Of a DNA stretch of 64,000 nt, positions 24,076-37,700 are shown piece by piece; within the stretch, counting starts at the first letter, position 1, and every line of letters begins with the position of its first letter. The position numbers and the translations under genes were made by a program. A model generated the notes under the pieces. The model had not been told where the DNA came from and ran no database searches. It worked only from the letters and a program-made list of their open reading frames with translations. The stretch is from Marsupella aquatica (lineage: Eukaryota; Plantae; Marchantiophyta). The stretch is from assembly GCA_973895155.1 (NCBI GenBank), contig OZ316892.1:15430861-15494860 (forward strand), read 5' to 3'.

Positions 24076-25931
24076 ATGTTGGAAATGCAATTTGATCAAT
24101 GTTGCTTTGACATTGAAAATAATTACTGTTTGCCAGACAAAATCTTTGATGGATGGACAAAGAACAACTCTCTAGTTTTTTAGAATTTTATTCAATCCTT
24201 GTGCAGGCCTTATGGGGATTTTGGAAGAACAACTAAGGGGTTGCCTTGACCCTTTATCAAATCCCTTTACATTCAAAAAATCACAAAATCAAGATCTGAT
24301 TCAGATTCAAAAACAGATTTTGAGGTGACAAAGATTGATGTAAGAAGCACCCAAAACAAGGAAGGAACAAGGGAGAATTTTTTTGGACAAGATGGCGGAT
24401 GTTTCTCAAATTGTCATGACCATTTTTGAAATTGATTTTTCAAAGGGAAAAATGATACTTTGTCAAGAACAAATGTTGGTGAATTGCACTCAATGCTGTC
24501 ACCAAGTCCAACAATGTAATTGAGTTTGCTAAGCCTTCCTTTCTCTGCATCAAAAACCAATCTCAAACTCAAAACAATCATTGCATCACAATGTTTTCAT
24601 TGAGCCACAACAAGTTGTGATTCTCCAGTCGAGTCAAACATGACGTTGTTTAGCAAAGCTTAGGCAAGACCTAACGCCATAGCTTGCCAAAAAACTCAGT
24701 GAGAATGTCTCTTTAAATTCTTGTCCCGTCTGACTTGGTTTGCAAGTACAAGCAAAGGTAGTACCAAATATTATGTTCACCCGATCTACAAGTTGAGCTA
24801 TAGCATGTGACACCTTCTGCATTGCAAAGCTTGCACCATTGAGAAAACAAACCTTGGACCAAATTGGATCCTACGGCCAAGCAATGCATTTTCTTGGGTA
24901 TCAGAGTGGTGTGGAAGCCTATAGGCTATGAGATCAATAGTTTGTAAGTTGTTTGTTTATAAACTATAGGGATGTATCCTTCAACAAATCCAGATTATTG
25001 AAAGAGGGGTCATACTTAGGTCTCCTATACTAACAAAGGAAAATCTCCTTAAAAAAATTGTCAAGAAAATTATGGAAGTTGTAAACTTCCACAAAAAAAT
25101 CCGGAAACAACAAAAACTTCAATTCCTTGGCACCACAAACTCTGATTGGTGATTTCTAAGCACCGTTAGAAAGCCCTTGCACCAACCTATCCGCTGAGCC
25201 CAAAATATCCAAGTTCCATGCAATGAAACAAATCCATCGACTCTAATTGCTAAAAACATTGTCACAAAATCCCATCACAAACATTATCATCTCCCAAGCA
25301 TGCCCTCATACCAATTGTTGAGCAAAGACAACATTCACAACGACAAGCCCATGTTGATCCAATGCACAAGTAGTCAACACAATGAGATATGTGGTTCGCC
25401 TCAACAGAGGCCACGTCCACTAGAACACACGAGAGCTTTATTGTACACTATAAGCCCGTCGGTTATACCAAGTCTCTGCAATACAAGATCTCAGGACCCT
25501 ATGTCTCAAGTGACTCCGTTATGATGAACCTAAGTTCCACCTATCCAAGCAAATACCACTTAGGATACAGTGTGCAACCTAGTTAACCTAGAACCTAGTC
25601 TGTAACTAAGATCTGCCCTAACTATGGTTTATAGTCATAACTCTAGACCTCAGTGTAAATGCCTAACACATAAGTCAATAGGCACATGTATTGGTTTTCA
25701 TTCAACCCATTTGTCTACAATTACTTATCAATGAGTGCTTTCTATATTGAACGGTTTATCTTGGAGGAACCTGTACATGTGCCTACCAAACTTAAGCCTA
25801 CTAGGTTGCCTTATTGACCTTTGAGGTTTCCCTAATCCTCTTGATGTACTATCCCCATCTCATGTAATGGATTCAATTAGGGTGATTTTCTGTACCACAT
25901 TGAGATGTGTTTCACATAACCACATTTGGTT

Positions 25932-27150
25932 TGTGATGGACCTAGCCACCTAGCGCCCTCACCAGACCTAGTATCTTTGTCTAAGTACTCCTAGTGCCCA
26001 AACGCCTACATGGAACTACACAAGCAAGCAACTTGGTACTTCTATCACCATCAATGACAACTCTTGTACAAAACCGGACTTGCTCCTCAAGACAACCATT
26101 TTTCAGCGGACCCCTCTTGTCTGCACAAGAAACCAACCCAACCGGTAAGTAATGCGCATTGATCTTGGATCCCAAGACTATTATCTTGCCTTAAGCTCAA
26201 CGTCATTAGTAACTAGGTCAGTATATAGTTTCCTAGGCCCGCGTGGCCTTGCCATAAGTTGAATCTAAGGTTGACACCCACAATTTATCCAACAGAGCCC
26301 CTATACCAGATGTCTGATAATCTTCCTCACTTTCTATCCACCATTGGCTGACCGCTTGCCTCTAGGACATGGCCATGGTCCAAATAGCTAGCTTGTCCCA
26401 AGCTTCAGATTGGTCCCAACTCTAGGAATTGTCTCTATTCCCCAACGCAAGCTCTTGTGGGAATTGAACGCGATTTAATTACTATTTGGGTAATTGACAT
26501 TGAAAAACATGATGAACAAATTCACCCCCAAACCCTCTTGAGATCAAGAGGAGGTAGTCCTCCTTGAGGAATTTCTAAGGCACCCAAGAAGTCCTCCAAT
26601 GGACTTCCCGTTGAGGAGATATTGTCATTTTTGTTTGACATTTTTCCTTAGTTAGTAATGCGATCATCACGCTTCACAACTTAGGCTTGCCTCTGGCCCA
26701 TTGGGAGACGCAAATCCCCTCATATATGCTTTTGGAGACCTGCCACCCCTAGACCAAATTTGGTCCCCTATTTTTGGCCCCCCCCCCACCATGACCTTAA
26801 TCAAGGCGACTGGACACAAAGCTAACTTGCTAGACCCATAAATTTCTAGTTAGACCTTTGTAGGTGAAGTGTCTTATCCCATTGCAATTGGGCCAATGCA
26901 ATGCTAATGCATAGGGTGTCAAGGATCATTGCTCGTTAGCGGTCCTAGACGGCTCCACCGGAGCACCGCGTGTTCTCATGCGTTATGCGACCATTCGCAT
27001 GACCTAAACTTCTATGCACTTGGGCCAAGAGAGGAGCTCTCAATCAAGCCCTCATAACTCAAGGTCCATCCGGGGGTCCGGATGGTTTTCCCAAGCCCAA
27101 CCCATCTCATGACCCAACCAACCCCTAATGCCAGTGCGGGTCCCTTGTGC
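25932..27150. mobile_element. Second, inverted copy of the ~1.3-kb LTR family seen at 4106-5440
   Basis: Starts TGTGATGGACC and is collinear in reverse complement with 4130-5440 (e.g. GAGACCTGCCACCCCTAGACC vs GGTCTGAGGGTGGCAGGTCTC). Confidence 0.7.
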
Positions 27151-27591
27151 TCTAGCTCAACAACGCCTTGCCTTTGCTACAACAACGCTTCCTTGCTCTC
27201 AAGTTTCCTCAGGCTTAGTCCCTTTTGGATGGCCATCCCGGGCTTGGATCATAGAGGAGTTTGGCATCAAAGTCAGCAACCCCAGAGCTAAGTGGTAGGG
27301 TAGTTGAGTTTTGCAACACAATTTCTTACTAACACACTCTCAAAACCCTTCTCAGGTTTATTTGTTCCTGGCACACAAATTATGCAACGCTTCTCACTTT
27401 TCTTCTATGTTAAGCCACTCTAGTGCTTACTCTAGATTGCCAATGAATCTTCCTAGGTATCTTTATAGAAAATTGTAATCCCAATTCTAATAATCTTTCA
27501 CTAAATATTCTAAACATCTTATAGAATATTCTAAGCAATTAGGAATTCTAAAAGTTATTACAAATACCCAACTTGGCCACTATTAGAGAAG

Positions 27592-28034
27592 TGTCACACC
27601 ATTTAGAGTGGTAGTAAAGTATATCCTACTTTCTAGGTATAGAGGTTTTGTATGTGTGCTATATGAGCACTTAGTGTTAGTTTGAGTTGGTGTGAGGGAT
27701 AGTTATCCCCTTGTATTGGCTCAAAGGCCTCATCTTTCAATGTTGAGCCTTTGAGCAGGACCTTGGTGGCTATGGTGTGGCTGACTAGGTTGTGTGCATG
27801 TAACATAGATTCCTTGAAGCACAAGGTGTGTTGGGCTTGACATACATGTGTGATCGCGTCAAACGGGATTGTTGTTGGATTAGCACCATTGAAGATATTG
27901 TGCGTTTTGCGCATGTGTGGACGTGGGTTCCATTTGTAGTTCATTCTCTTATGTTTGTGTTGTTGGATTGTGACTATGCTTGGATATGTGTGACAAACGA
28001 TGTATGTTGTGTAGCAATGTGTATGCGCATGACA
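27592..28034. mobile_element. LTR (inverted homolog of 2680-3131)
   Basis: TGTCACACCATT...CATGACA termini, with the internal GGCTCAAAGGCCTCATCTTT block shared with ~2990-3006. No convincing TSD. Confidence 0.65.
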
Positions 28035-28166
28035 AAAGCCATAGAAAGGGAGCCCAATGGGGAGGTTGCATCCTCTTTCTATTGGGGCTCATGGAGTTTG
28101 TGGCCTTTGAGGTCACAATCTCTTCTTCCTCCTGCACTGACCCTGCAGGCTATCTGGGTGGGTATG

Positions 28167-28500
28167 GCACACGTGACTGGAAACAGGAAACAAATTTACT
28201 GGTACCAGCAAAAGTTTTCTTGTTACCAGCACAAAGTTATTGTTACCAGCAAAAATGACAATCTAAAAATACCTCCTAAAAAGTCTAATTTTCCAAAATA
28301 GTTAAAAATAAAATATTTTATGGCTAGCTTTGGATCCTACTATTACCAGCGGTGGGCGCTAGCAAAACAAAGTCGTCGACCCAAAAAACATTTCACAAAA
28401 AACATTCAAAAAATATTACCACTCATTTTCTTGTTACCAATTTCTTTTTCCTGTCACCAATTTTTGTTTCCTGTTACTATTTGTTGTTTCTTGTCGTTTG
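28167..28500. repeat. Cluster of TGTTACCAGC / AACAGGAAACAAA motifs, probably a small non-autonomous DNA transposon
   Basis: Repeated TTACCAGC motifs and an inverted AACAGGAAACAAA/TTTGTTTCCTGTT pair. The ends are degenerate. Confidence 0.35.
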
Positions 28501-30493
28501 TAAATACCTCAACTGGGCTGAGGTTTGAAACGGGATGCACTTGTTGCGGAGGGTTTGTAGTTAACTACAACGTCCTTTCTCTAAGGGAAGCACTTGCCCT
28601 TACCTTTCGATCTACATGGGGTTGCAACCTAGGTAGTTCCCTGGCTTGGGAGCTGTCCAGGTGTCTTTGCTGAGGTGGCAACTCCACTACCCTGACCTTG
28701 AGGGGGAGTCTAGAATCTCTCCTATTGCTTGGCCTATTGCCCATGAGGATTTGTTTGACGTTTAATACAATTGCTCTTGCATGCAATATGTTAAATACTA
28801 ATGCGGGGACAAGTCAAAGTGATCTTGTTGCAAGGTCGTGTTTCCTTCAAGAGAGTAGATGTTAATGGGAAGACACAAGAGAGCTTCACAACTTGTCAAG
28901 CACTTAGGACCATCAAAGAATAAATCTAAGATAGATCATTTAGACAGATGTTCCTTTTGACAGGGCAAGGCGTGGTTGGGCTGGCAGTGCTTGGCAATGT
29001 TATATATATATATAATTTAACCTCTTTTCACTGACCAGCTTAGCAGTATTGATGTGCTCAAACATTTTTGCCAAATACTTTGCTTACAGTCTAGTGAACA
29101 AAAGCCAGAACGTGATAGTTGTTGTCGCCATGCAACTCTTCCAAGATATGAATAATTAATTCTTAGCTTAAGTTTATGATGGAAGGGTAGGATTGAGAGA
29201 TATCTAGTAGCCCAAAATGAATTTTACCAACTAAATTTGATCCCCTTGGTCGATGAATGCCACTCCTGTCAAACGTGCCTCCTTGCAATCATCCCTTAAC
29301 TCCTTATGATCTGGTCCACGGATGAAATTCTCTCAGCTTCCCAAGCAGACCAGTGATCCTAAAAAAGAAACCAGCTCAATGCAAGGGGTCGCAAGTGAAC
29401 AAAGGGCAACTCAACGAAGACTTCCAGTTCTCACTGCCTCCAAAAATCCAAAATGTAGATTGAGCTTGAAGGGTCCCGCTTCTTCCATGTGCTCCTGGAC
29501 TTGCCTTGATCGAATGAACCCCCTCAGAATCATGCCATTGTTGTACTGATATGGACTTGACTCCCTATCGTTGGTTTAAGTCTGCTTGTGAATAGATCCC
29601 CTTGGGCTGACAGTGATTGATACTAAGTAATTACCTCCCTAGTCATGTTGTACTTCACGTGTCTTGCAATTGGCTTTGCATTCTCAGTATATAACTAACC
29701 TACTCCTACTCTGAGCATCATGGTTACACAAATTCCTGTCTTCTTGCTAATCATTATGCAATTGCAATGGCTACTTATTGTACAAAGCATATGTATATGA
29801 TTGTATTACCTTATAACGGAGACGCCGCTCATGTCGCACCTAGAGTAGAGGAGCAACAAGTGGTGGAGAACCCAAAGCCAAATCTGGTGGAAGAAGGGAG
29901 GAAGAGGAACTCCATAGGCTGAAGGAAGAATTCAGCGCGATTGGCAATATCGATGCCAATCAATGCGCCATTAGAGGGGTGATTACACCCTCACAATGTT
30001 TATAGTGGCGTAACGGAATCGGGCAGGCATCAAAGGCATTCGGGTAGCGCCAACCAAAGGCTCCCTTGCCTTGTCCCTGCCACCAGCCCTTATCCCTCCC
30101 GCGCCCTGACCCTGCGCCCTAAACCCTATCCCTGGCCCTGTCCCTCTCGCCATAGGGATGCAAGTCCCCTTCCGCACCACGCGGCCCTGGACTCGGCCAT
30201 CATCGCCCGTTTACCTTGGTCACCCACTATCACGAGTTCGACCGGGTTGTTGAGTAGTAGACATAAACCCTTACTATGTCTATACAGGGCTGCTACTATT
30301 TCAAATGTGTATATACATTTTTGAGCGGGATGTCAGTGTGCACAATTCCCCGAATGAGTACATTCTATTGAGAGAATGTGCATTCCTTGCACATTCTGAC
30401 ATTCTCATTCCTTGCCATGTGATTTTGTAAATGGTTCACACGGTATAGTGTTTGTGTGCGTCTGTGTCTTGGTGATTTGAATGTGGAATTGCA

Positions 30494-33400
30494 ATGGGCG
30501 ATGTCAGTGGAAGCGGCGGCCTGGAAGGTGGCATCTGTATGAGTCCACGGTCGTCATGTCCACACTTGGAACCTGTCATTTCTCTTGGCACCCCGCTTGG
30601 CACGCCAATGTGTGTTACATTCTTGCAGGAACGGATATCCAAGTTTATTGAACCGAATGACATACCTTGGGAATTACCCACGTATAAACATTCAGGGAGG
30701 GTTCGACAAAGTGAATGTGACGCCGCTGGACGGAGTGGTACCAGATGCTCTCAATTGTATGCTGGAGCAGCTACGGGGTCTGAATATTGAAGATGGTTAT
30801 TTACCTCATGTTGATATCAAGCCAAGGAAAACCCCATGCATCCGCAAGAGCTTTTGCGAGAAATTGTTGTGTGATAAAATTCAGGGTCCACCTTCAGGGG
30901 AATTTGATTCTAGTGGTCTCGAATGGTTTGGGTCAAGTTTTGACTCTGCTTGGATCCCGAAATGCAGACTTAAGGATTTCATATGGGGCAAAAACATGCG
31001 GGCAGATTTTCATACTGAATTCACTACCAGGCAAATGCTGGAGAACAGAATTTTCAAAATTAGCCCCTTGGTGAAGACAACAACATTGTATTGTTGTCGC
31101 TTTGGTCCCGAGGACTATAGAGGATGGAAATCAAAGAAGGTTCCAGACAAGTTGAAATCCGACGAAGGAGGTGTCTTCTTGAAAAGAAAAACTGTAACAA
31201 GTAAATATGTAACTCCGCATACCCGTTGGCATTCCATGAAGTTAATGCAGGTGCGCTGTTCATTTGAACTGAATTTTAATTTAGTATCTCCTGCCTTCCG
31301 TTCAACTCACAGGAATGTCTGTGCGCCGTGGCTGCCGATGCTCTTTCATCGCCACTAAATTTGAGGATTGGCCAAGGGCCCTATTGATCAAATGGATCCA
31401 AAGGCACCATTTGGACCGGCATGATAGGGTTTGTCATGGTCTCCAAGACAAGACAGCCTTTGTAGTAAATGCCCATATTGCACCACGGATCTCACTCAAG
31501 CTACGTACAAATATTGAAAGATATCTCAGGGCTGGCCTCACGTCAAGTGCAATTGTCAATGCTCACTTTGAAGAAATTTTGACTCGATGGCGGAAAGATC
31601 ATCTAGACGAGGATGCAAATTACGTCATGTCCAGGGACATGCAGCTCACCCCAAGAGATGTGCAGACTGTTCGAGATTCCATGCGCTGGCGTCAACCTGA
31701 CTATTGCTCTGATGAGTCACAAGCAACAAAATTGTGGGTACTATAGAATGAGGATCAAGTCATTTTATATCAATCACAGATCAAGTCAACCAACCAGCCC
31801 TTCATCCTTGCGTAGTCATCTCCATGGCAACAACAAAAAACTGGCAACCCTTCGGCATGCGGGACCAGTTGCTTTTGATGCAACATTCGATACAAACCAC
31901 TTTGGTGTAAGCACCTCCACTTTTCCCTTGTAGTGTTTGGGTTGCACGGTCTGAACGTAATTTTAACACACTGCATAGCAATGAAGTCTAATTAAGCCTT
32001 TCGTGTCATTTGGTTTTGTTACAATTCCCCTTCTACACTATGGTGGTGTTTGATAAATTCTAGAATGCAATTCCTGTAGCCTTTGCTCTATTGCAAAGGT
32101 ACAAAGTTGTACAAGTCATTTAAGTCTTGACTGCTTTGAAGGATTGTGTCAATGCAAAGAGGACGGAAATGAATTTGCATGGTCCATGGAGGCCAAACTG
32201 TTGGATCATAGACGTAGCCGAGGAGGAGCAAGCAGCAATCGGGTAATTATGTATTAATACCTTTTCGGGCATAACATAGTTCAAGTGCAAGTGCACGTCT
32301 CATTATTTTGGCACTGACATTCTAATGTTCTGGCAGCCAAGTCTTCCCAAATGTGCACATCACATTTTGCACCTGGCATGTTTGAAGAGCTTGGACGAAG
32401 AACATCATTTCAAAGGTGTTCTGCCCATTTGCTAAGGCGCACATCAATGCAGACTTGGGTCAAATCATGTATTCAATTGGCAGCGGTGAGATGAATTGTG
32501 AAGGGACTAATATGTAATTCATTTATGCCTTGTCTGTTGTGGGTAGGTTGTCTGAATTTTAATCTGCAAGATCCGAACTGAGGTTCTGAAATATCCTTCT
32601 AGTGACAAAAATGTGCAATGTTCAGATCTTACTGGCGAGTCCCAAGCCTTTATTGATCGTTGGATGGACAGTCAACCAGCATTTGTTGCATATTACAAAC
32701 AAGAGTGGCACAGGAAGGTTTGCAGCTGGGCTATAAAGCAATGTGTTTACTATCATGCAAAGTTAACCAAAAAACCAACGGGGGCATTGAACGTTGGCAT
32801 CACACTTTGAAGATGGAGTTGAAGGCTGGCAGGTACAGCATTATTGGAAGGTCAATCCCTTGGCTGCTCGGCCGTCTGAAAGTTTTGGAGAATCATTACT
32901 GGTGTATAGCAGTTGAGAAATTCCAGGGTTGGATACAAAACAAAACAATCGAAGGGCTTGTGTACAAGTCCTTAAACAGGGCAAAGGCCATCCCAGATGA
33001 TCATGTTGTCACATTCAACGTTGGTGAATTAAAATGTGCCTCTGTCCGCAACACATCGTCAATGAACAATGCCATCAAGGAACATCTTGTATCTAATTGG
33101 GACATAGACACTTGCTCTTGTACATGTGGGTTCTCGCTTCAAGGAAACGCATTGCAAACATCAGGTACACATAATGTATTGCCCGACCCCACAACGCAAT
33201 ACTAATGTTTTCCCTCAAGTGATGATTGCCAATATTGATGTCCTTCGGGCTTGCGTGCTCATGCTTAATTACCCACTTGAAGCCTGCGTCGTTGTGTACA
33301 GATAAAGGTGTTGTTGCTTACCCACACCGTGACTGAATTGGAAGTGCTACATCAACTGGGTACCAAGCTAGGCTCATTTCGTGGCGGAATTGAAAGCATG

Positions 33401-33723
33401 TGAATGTCATGGGTGAAGCAAAGCAGTTGCTGCAAGTCAGAGTAGGTGATGTCAGTCTGAATTATCCTCATGAGGATATTTGGGACACACACTGCCACGA
33501 AGAATCAGTTGCACCAATTCTGAAGTCACCACAGTTGGAGGAGTTTGAAGCAGTTGTCAAGCAATTCCACGACGCAATCTTGTATCATCCAACCCTTGCA
33601 GCTCAAGGATTGCGGGAGTTGAAGCATTGGATGGAGTCGTTGCTGAGAAGAGAAGCCCAGCAAAATGTAAGTCGGTTAGAAGGAGATATGACAGTTGAGT
33701 CTCTCATTCCCGTGGAAGGGAAT
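30494..33723 (+). pseudogene. SWIM-zinc-finger MULE-type transposase (5' part), multi-exon, degenerate
   Basis: QGPPSGEF...YCCRFGPEDY, RRGCRCSF...CHG, AFDATFDTN (first catalytic D), TNGGIERWHHTLK (catalytic E) and a SWIM CSCTC...CKH near 33110-33165. Stops and frameshifts are present. Confidence 0.85.
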
Positions 33724-34092
33724 CACAACTACATTTTTGCATTTCGGGACCAGGTGTAACCTAACCCAAGAAGACGTTCATTCCATTAAAGTTGGACTAT
33801 ATGTCGTTAATCTCCGGACTATTGTCGGATGTCGTCTGGAGATTCGACGGGATCAGATAACGTCGATTGTTGTGACGTTAAGTTTACGTCCTTTAAGACA
33901 CGGTAAGTTCCCTCGTATCATACATTGTACCTCTCATTACGTCTTCCTAGACGAGGTAACTTACCTGTTTCCTAAAGACGTAAATTAGAATGATGTATAG
34001 GACGACGTCCATAATTTTAGGCATTTGGAACGACATATCTGCAGATATGTCGTCATAGAATACCATACGTACATCGGGAAAAATAGCGTTAA

Positions 34093-34773
34093 TTCCACAT
34101 ATCAGCGTTGGACAGACTCAACTATAGGCGGGAGGCTCACTATAGCCAGCATTCCCGAGTGAAGACATCAAAGTGTAGAGAAGTTGAACCGTGGGAGGCA
34201 AAGTGTTCAGCTATGGTGCGAAAGTTCTTTGCAAATGTGCATTGTTGTTTCCTCCCACTTGGTGAGGAGGAGAAGATGGTTTGAGGGTTCTTTTGCCGTG
34301 GAGGGCTTGTTGACAAGCTATGCACCTCACAGACCGATTTCTTGATTGCAAATACATGGAAACAGGTTCTGGAGCACTTCAGTGACTATGCTGACTTGAT
34401 CGAGCATTTCGCTGAAACCTTGCATTTCATCTCTACTCGGTGGGTAGAGTGCTCCATTCTTGCCAACAAGCAGCTGGACCCAGGAGAGTTCTTGTTGCAT
34501 CCGAGCAGTGATCGTGGTCTGGAAGATTCGCCCGAGGATGATGATGGTGAGGCCTACCCTCCCACCTTGTCTAAATGTGAGCTGTCACCCACTGAACTTC
34601 ATATTGCTATGTTTGATTACAAGGAAAGTTGTGCAACCGAGGTGGAGGCTCAGAGGCTACAGGCCGGTGAAGCTGTTGTCCGGAAGAATTGGAATGCCAG
34701 CCAAAGGCGTGCTTTGTACAACAAGAGGAAAGCGGACGAGGAGTACTACTGGTCTGGAGAAGGGACTCCTTAA
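34093..34773 (+). pseudogene. Unknown cargo gene (ORF-X) of the En/Spm element, ~225 codons with one in-frame TGA
   Basis: The frame of ORF 34342-34773 continues upstream (…KCSAMVRKFFANVHCCFLPLGEEEKMV*GFFCRGG…) through a single TGA, probably from CGA. No family was recognised and the start is uncertain. Confidence 0.55.
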
Positions 34774-37700
34774 TCAACATCAGTCTGGAGGGAGGTTGTA
34801 GAGGGATGACCATGACTCATGTAGGCTACATTTGCAGTAGAAAGGATGGTAGAGCTATAGTGTATCTCTATTTGGTCTATGTGCAGCAATAAACACATCC
34901 ATGAATGTTATTTGTTGCAAAAATTGTGTGGTTTGAATGTTGTATCTTTTTCCTGTGATTAACGTCAAAAATCATTTGTTACGTTGAATGAAACGTCGTA
35001 TGTAAATTGCTAACGTCGTTATACTCGTGGTAATATAATTTTGTCGCTACATACATCGTTAAGTACGTTGTTTTTACCTTGTTACGAAGTATAGGACGAC
35101 GTTAAAGAGAGTTATAACGTCGGATAATGGTTCGGTACACGACGTTGAATCATGTTACGTCAAGGAGGCATAGCTATAAACGACGTAAAAAATTGTGCAT
35201 CGACGTAAAATTCCAAGGATGACGTTAATGACAAGTATCCCTTGTAGCAGAAGGCCAAGGGATCATGTGCATAAATGTATGGTTGTTACTTGTTTCTTTA
35301 CCAAGTTATTAACACAAGCCCATCCCACTCTCCAAATACACAGATGCCTAGGCCATGAAATATGTGTGTTTATATGCGAGGAGTGACAATAGTCAATACA
35401 AATGGCGATAGTGAGTCTATCATGTCAATCCTCATCGTCTGCAAGAGTTGATGGCATGAAGCCCTTCCTACGGTGTGGAAAGATGGGAATCACAATGGAC
35501 CATCCTCCCATGGTCTGCATCGGAACCATAATGCATTGATCCACTTGGCTAGGAAAAACTATAGTGTCACTAAACTCAGTCCCGCTTGGTGCAACACGGG
35601 TCGTGTCCACACGATAAAATCCACACTCATCCTTCACCATGGTAGCTCTTGCTGGAGGTGACATGATGGACTTGTGCCACCTCACCTCTAACACTGTGGT
35701 GGTAAACGAGCCAAAATTAACATCCAAAATATCCAAGACTATGCCACAATAAGGAACCTCAACATCACCTACATCGGTCACCATATATACTCCAGAGTTA
35801 CAAGTACTCTTCTTTCATATGGTCCGTCCTCCAAGTCCGAAAGTGGTGCCCTGACTCATACATGTGAGTATGAGTCATAGCCCACATCGAAGGCCCCCTA
35901 ATGATGTTCTGTACATCAATGGGAATGAATGTAGGGCCATGCACAGCCAGGAGCCCCTCCATGCGCTCCAAGGCCCATATGCAAAATGATGCATGAACAC
36001 GCTCTCGTGCTGCCCCTATCCGCTGCTGCTCCACCCATGCCCTGCAAGTACTGGGTCACATATACATTAGTGACCACCCTAAACCCTAAACCTTGAATGT
36101 AAATTTCAAATCTAAGTAGGACTCAACATGAAGGATTACGTCCCTACCTATACAACTCTCTCCAATCTGACATCTCCGTGCGGTTCTCCAACACATAATT
36201 GTGGATCTGTCGGCAAAAAATGTCATCATGTAATGATCTCTTCTTTGATGCGCCCATCACTCGCAACCCACCGTTGTCATCATCTTGTGTCTCTTCCCAA
36301 GCTGTGGGAGCTTGTGTGTCCAAACTTCCTATCACCCCGCTTGAGTAGAATAGGCACTCCGACATGATATACCCTGTTGCTATACTTCCCTCTGGTCAAG
36401 CGGGTTGGTGCACCCAAGACTTTAGCACTTTCATGAACTGCTCTACCCAATACATCCACCGCGCATGCATTGGACCAGCAATGGCTACCTCGTCCACCAA
36501 ATGACATAGCAAATGCAACTGCATGTCAAAAATACATGGGGGAAACACCTTCTCCATATTGCACATAACACGGGCAGACCGTTCCCTCATCTCGAGAATC
36601 TCATTCTCCTTTATTTCCTTGGCGCATACCCACCTGTATGGGGTACTCAAAATTTTGTCAAATTATTAGTATGATAAACATATGCAATGATCATAGCATA
36701 AATATATGCCAACAAGACCATATATGCTCACCTGAAAATGGAGCACAACTCATACACTGTATGTCGGAGTAGGCGTCGCTCTCTAGAATCATCACAACAA
36801 CGTGAGATAGCAGGTAACACATGCTGAATCAACTTGTGATAATCATGAGACTTCAAGCCTATTGGGGGTATGTGGTCATCCCTTGTAGTGCACCCACAAA
36901 AGCCAGCTCCGTAATGGCTAGGGAACTTCATTTCACATATCATCCCGTTCATCTCCTTCAATATCTGTCTTGGCAAAACCCAAGGAGCAGGTGGCTTCTC
37001 CCCATCTTGAGTTATCCAACAACTCTTCACCACTCCAACCTACTTTACATCCTCTCGGACCCCACAAGTATCATTCATGCCATAAATGTGCTTCACCAGG
37101 TTCTTGGCAACATTTACTTCAATATGCATGGGGTCCAACAACCATCGTATCTAGAGGATCTGCAAAATGAGTGGAGAATCAGGTTTTGTTAGTAAGAAAT
37201 TCATAAAGAGAATAAGTCTACAAGTCACTAACTTAAAAGAAGGTAAATTTATTTTACTTACCCTCCAATATGGCTAGTCCCACAAAGCTGAGCGCCTATT
37301 GACACCACAGTGCTTGGGTTGAAGTAACTTTGCCTCCACTTTCTCTGCCATCTGAATTTGGGCCTCAGCTGAGGGCCCATTGGGACATGGCCTAAACTCA
37401 GTCTCAGCCCAATGTGTGGTATTATGTTGCAAGATATCATCCATTGGTAATCGAACCCTACTGCCCTCATATGTGGTTTTGTGCAAGTGGTTAGAATATC
37501 TCCCATGCAACTCGGGACCACATGAAGGGCAAGTAGAATAACCAGCCACCTTCAACCCGGATATTGTGGCCATACCTGTGAATGAATGGAAAAAAACTGT
37601 CAGGCCATAAACATTGACCCATGCAATAGGACCCTGCACAATGCATGTCAAAAATTTTCAGTGACTGAGCATTACCTGGACCATCAGTGGTGCAGTGGGT

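Larger units (their letters stand above)
19011..25668 (-). mobile_element. Old, degenerate Ty1/copia LTR retrotransposon with nested insertions
   Basis: LTRs 19011-19365 and 25316-25668 (TG...CA) with TSD CATAA (19006-19010, 25669-25673). A degenerate iMet PBS lies at ~25302-25313 and a PPT follows 19365. Decayed gag/PR/IN/RT/RH are collinear with the element at 46361-53071, with an internal IN-RT deletion near 20370-20405. Confidence 0.92.
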
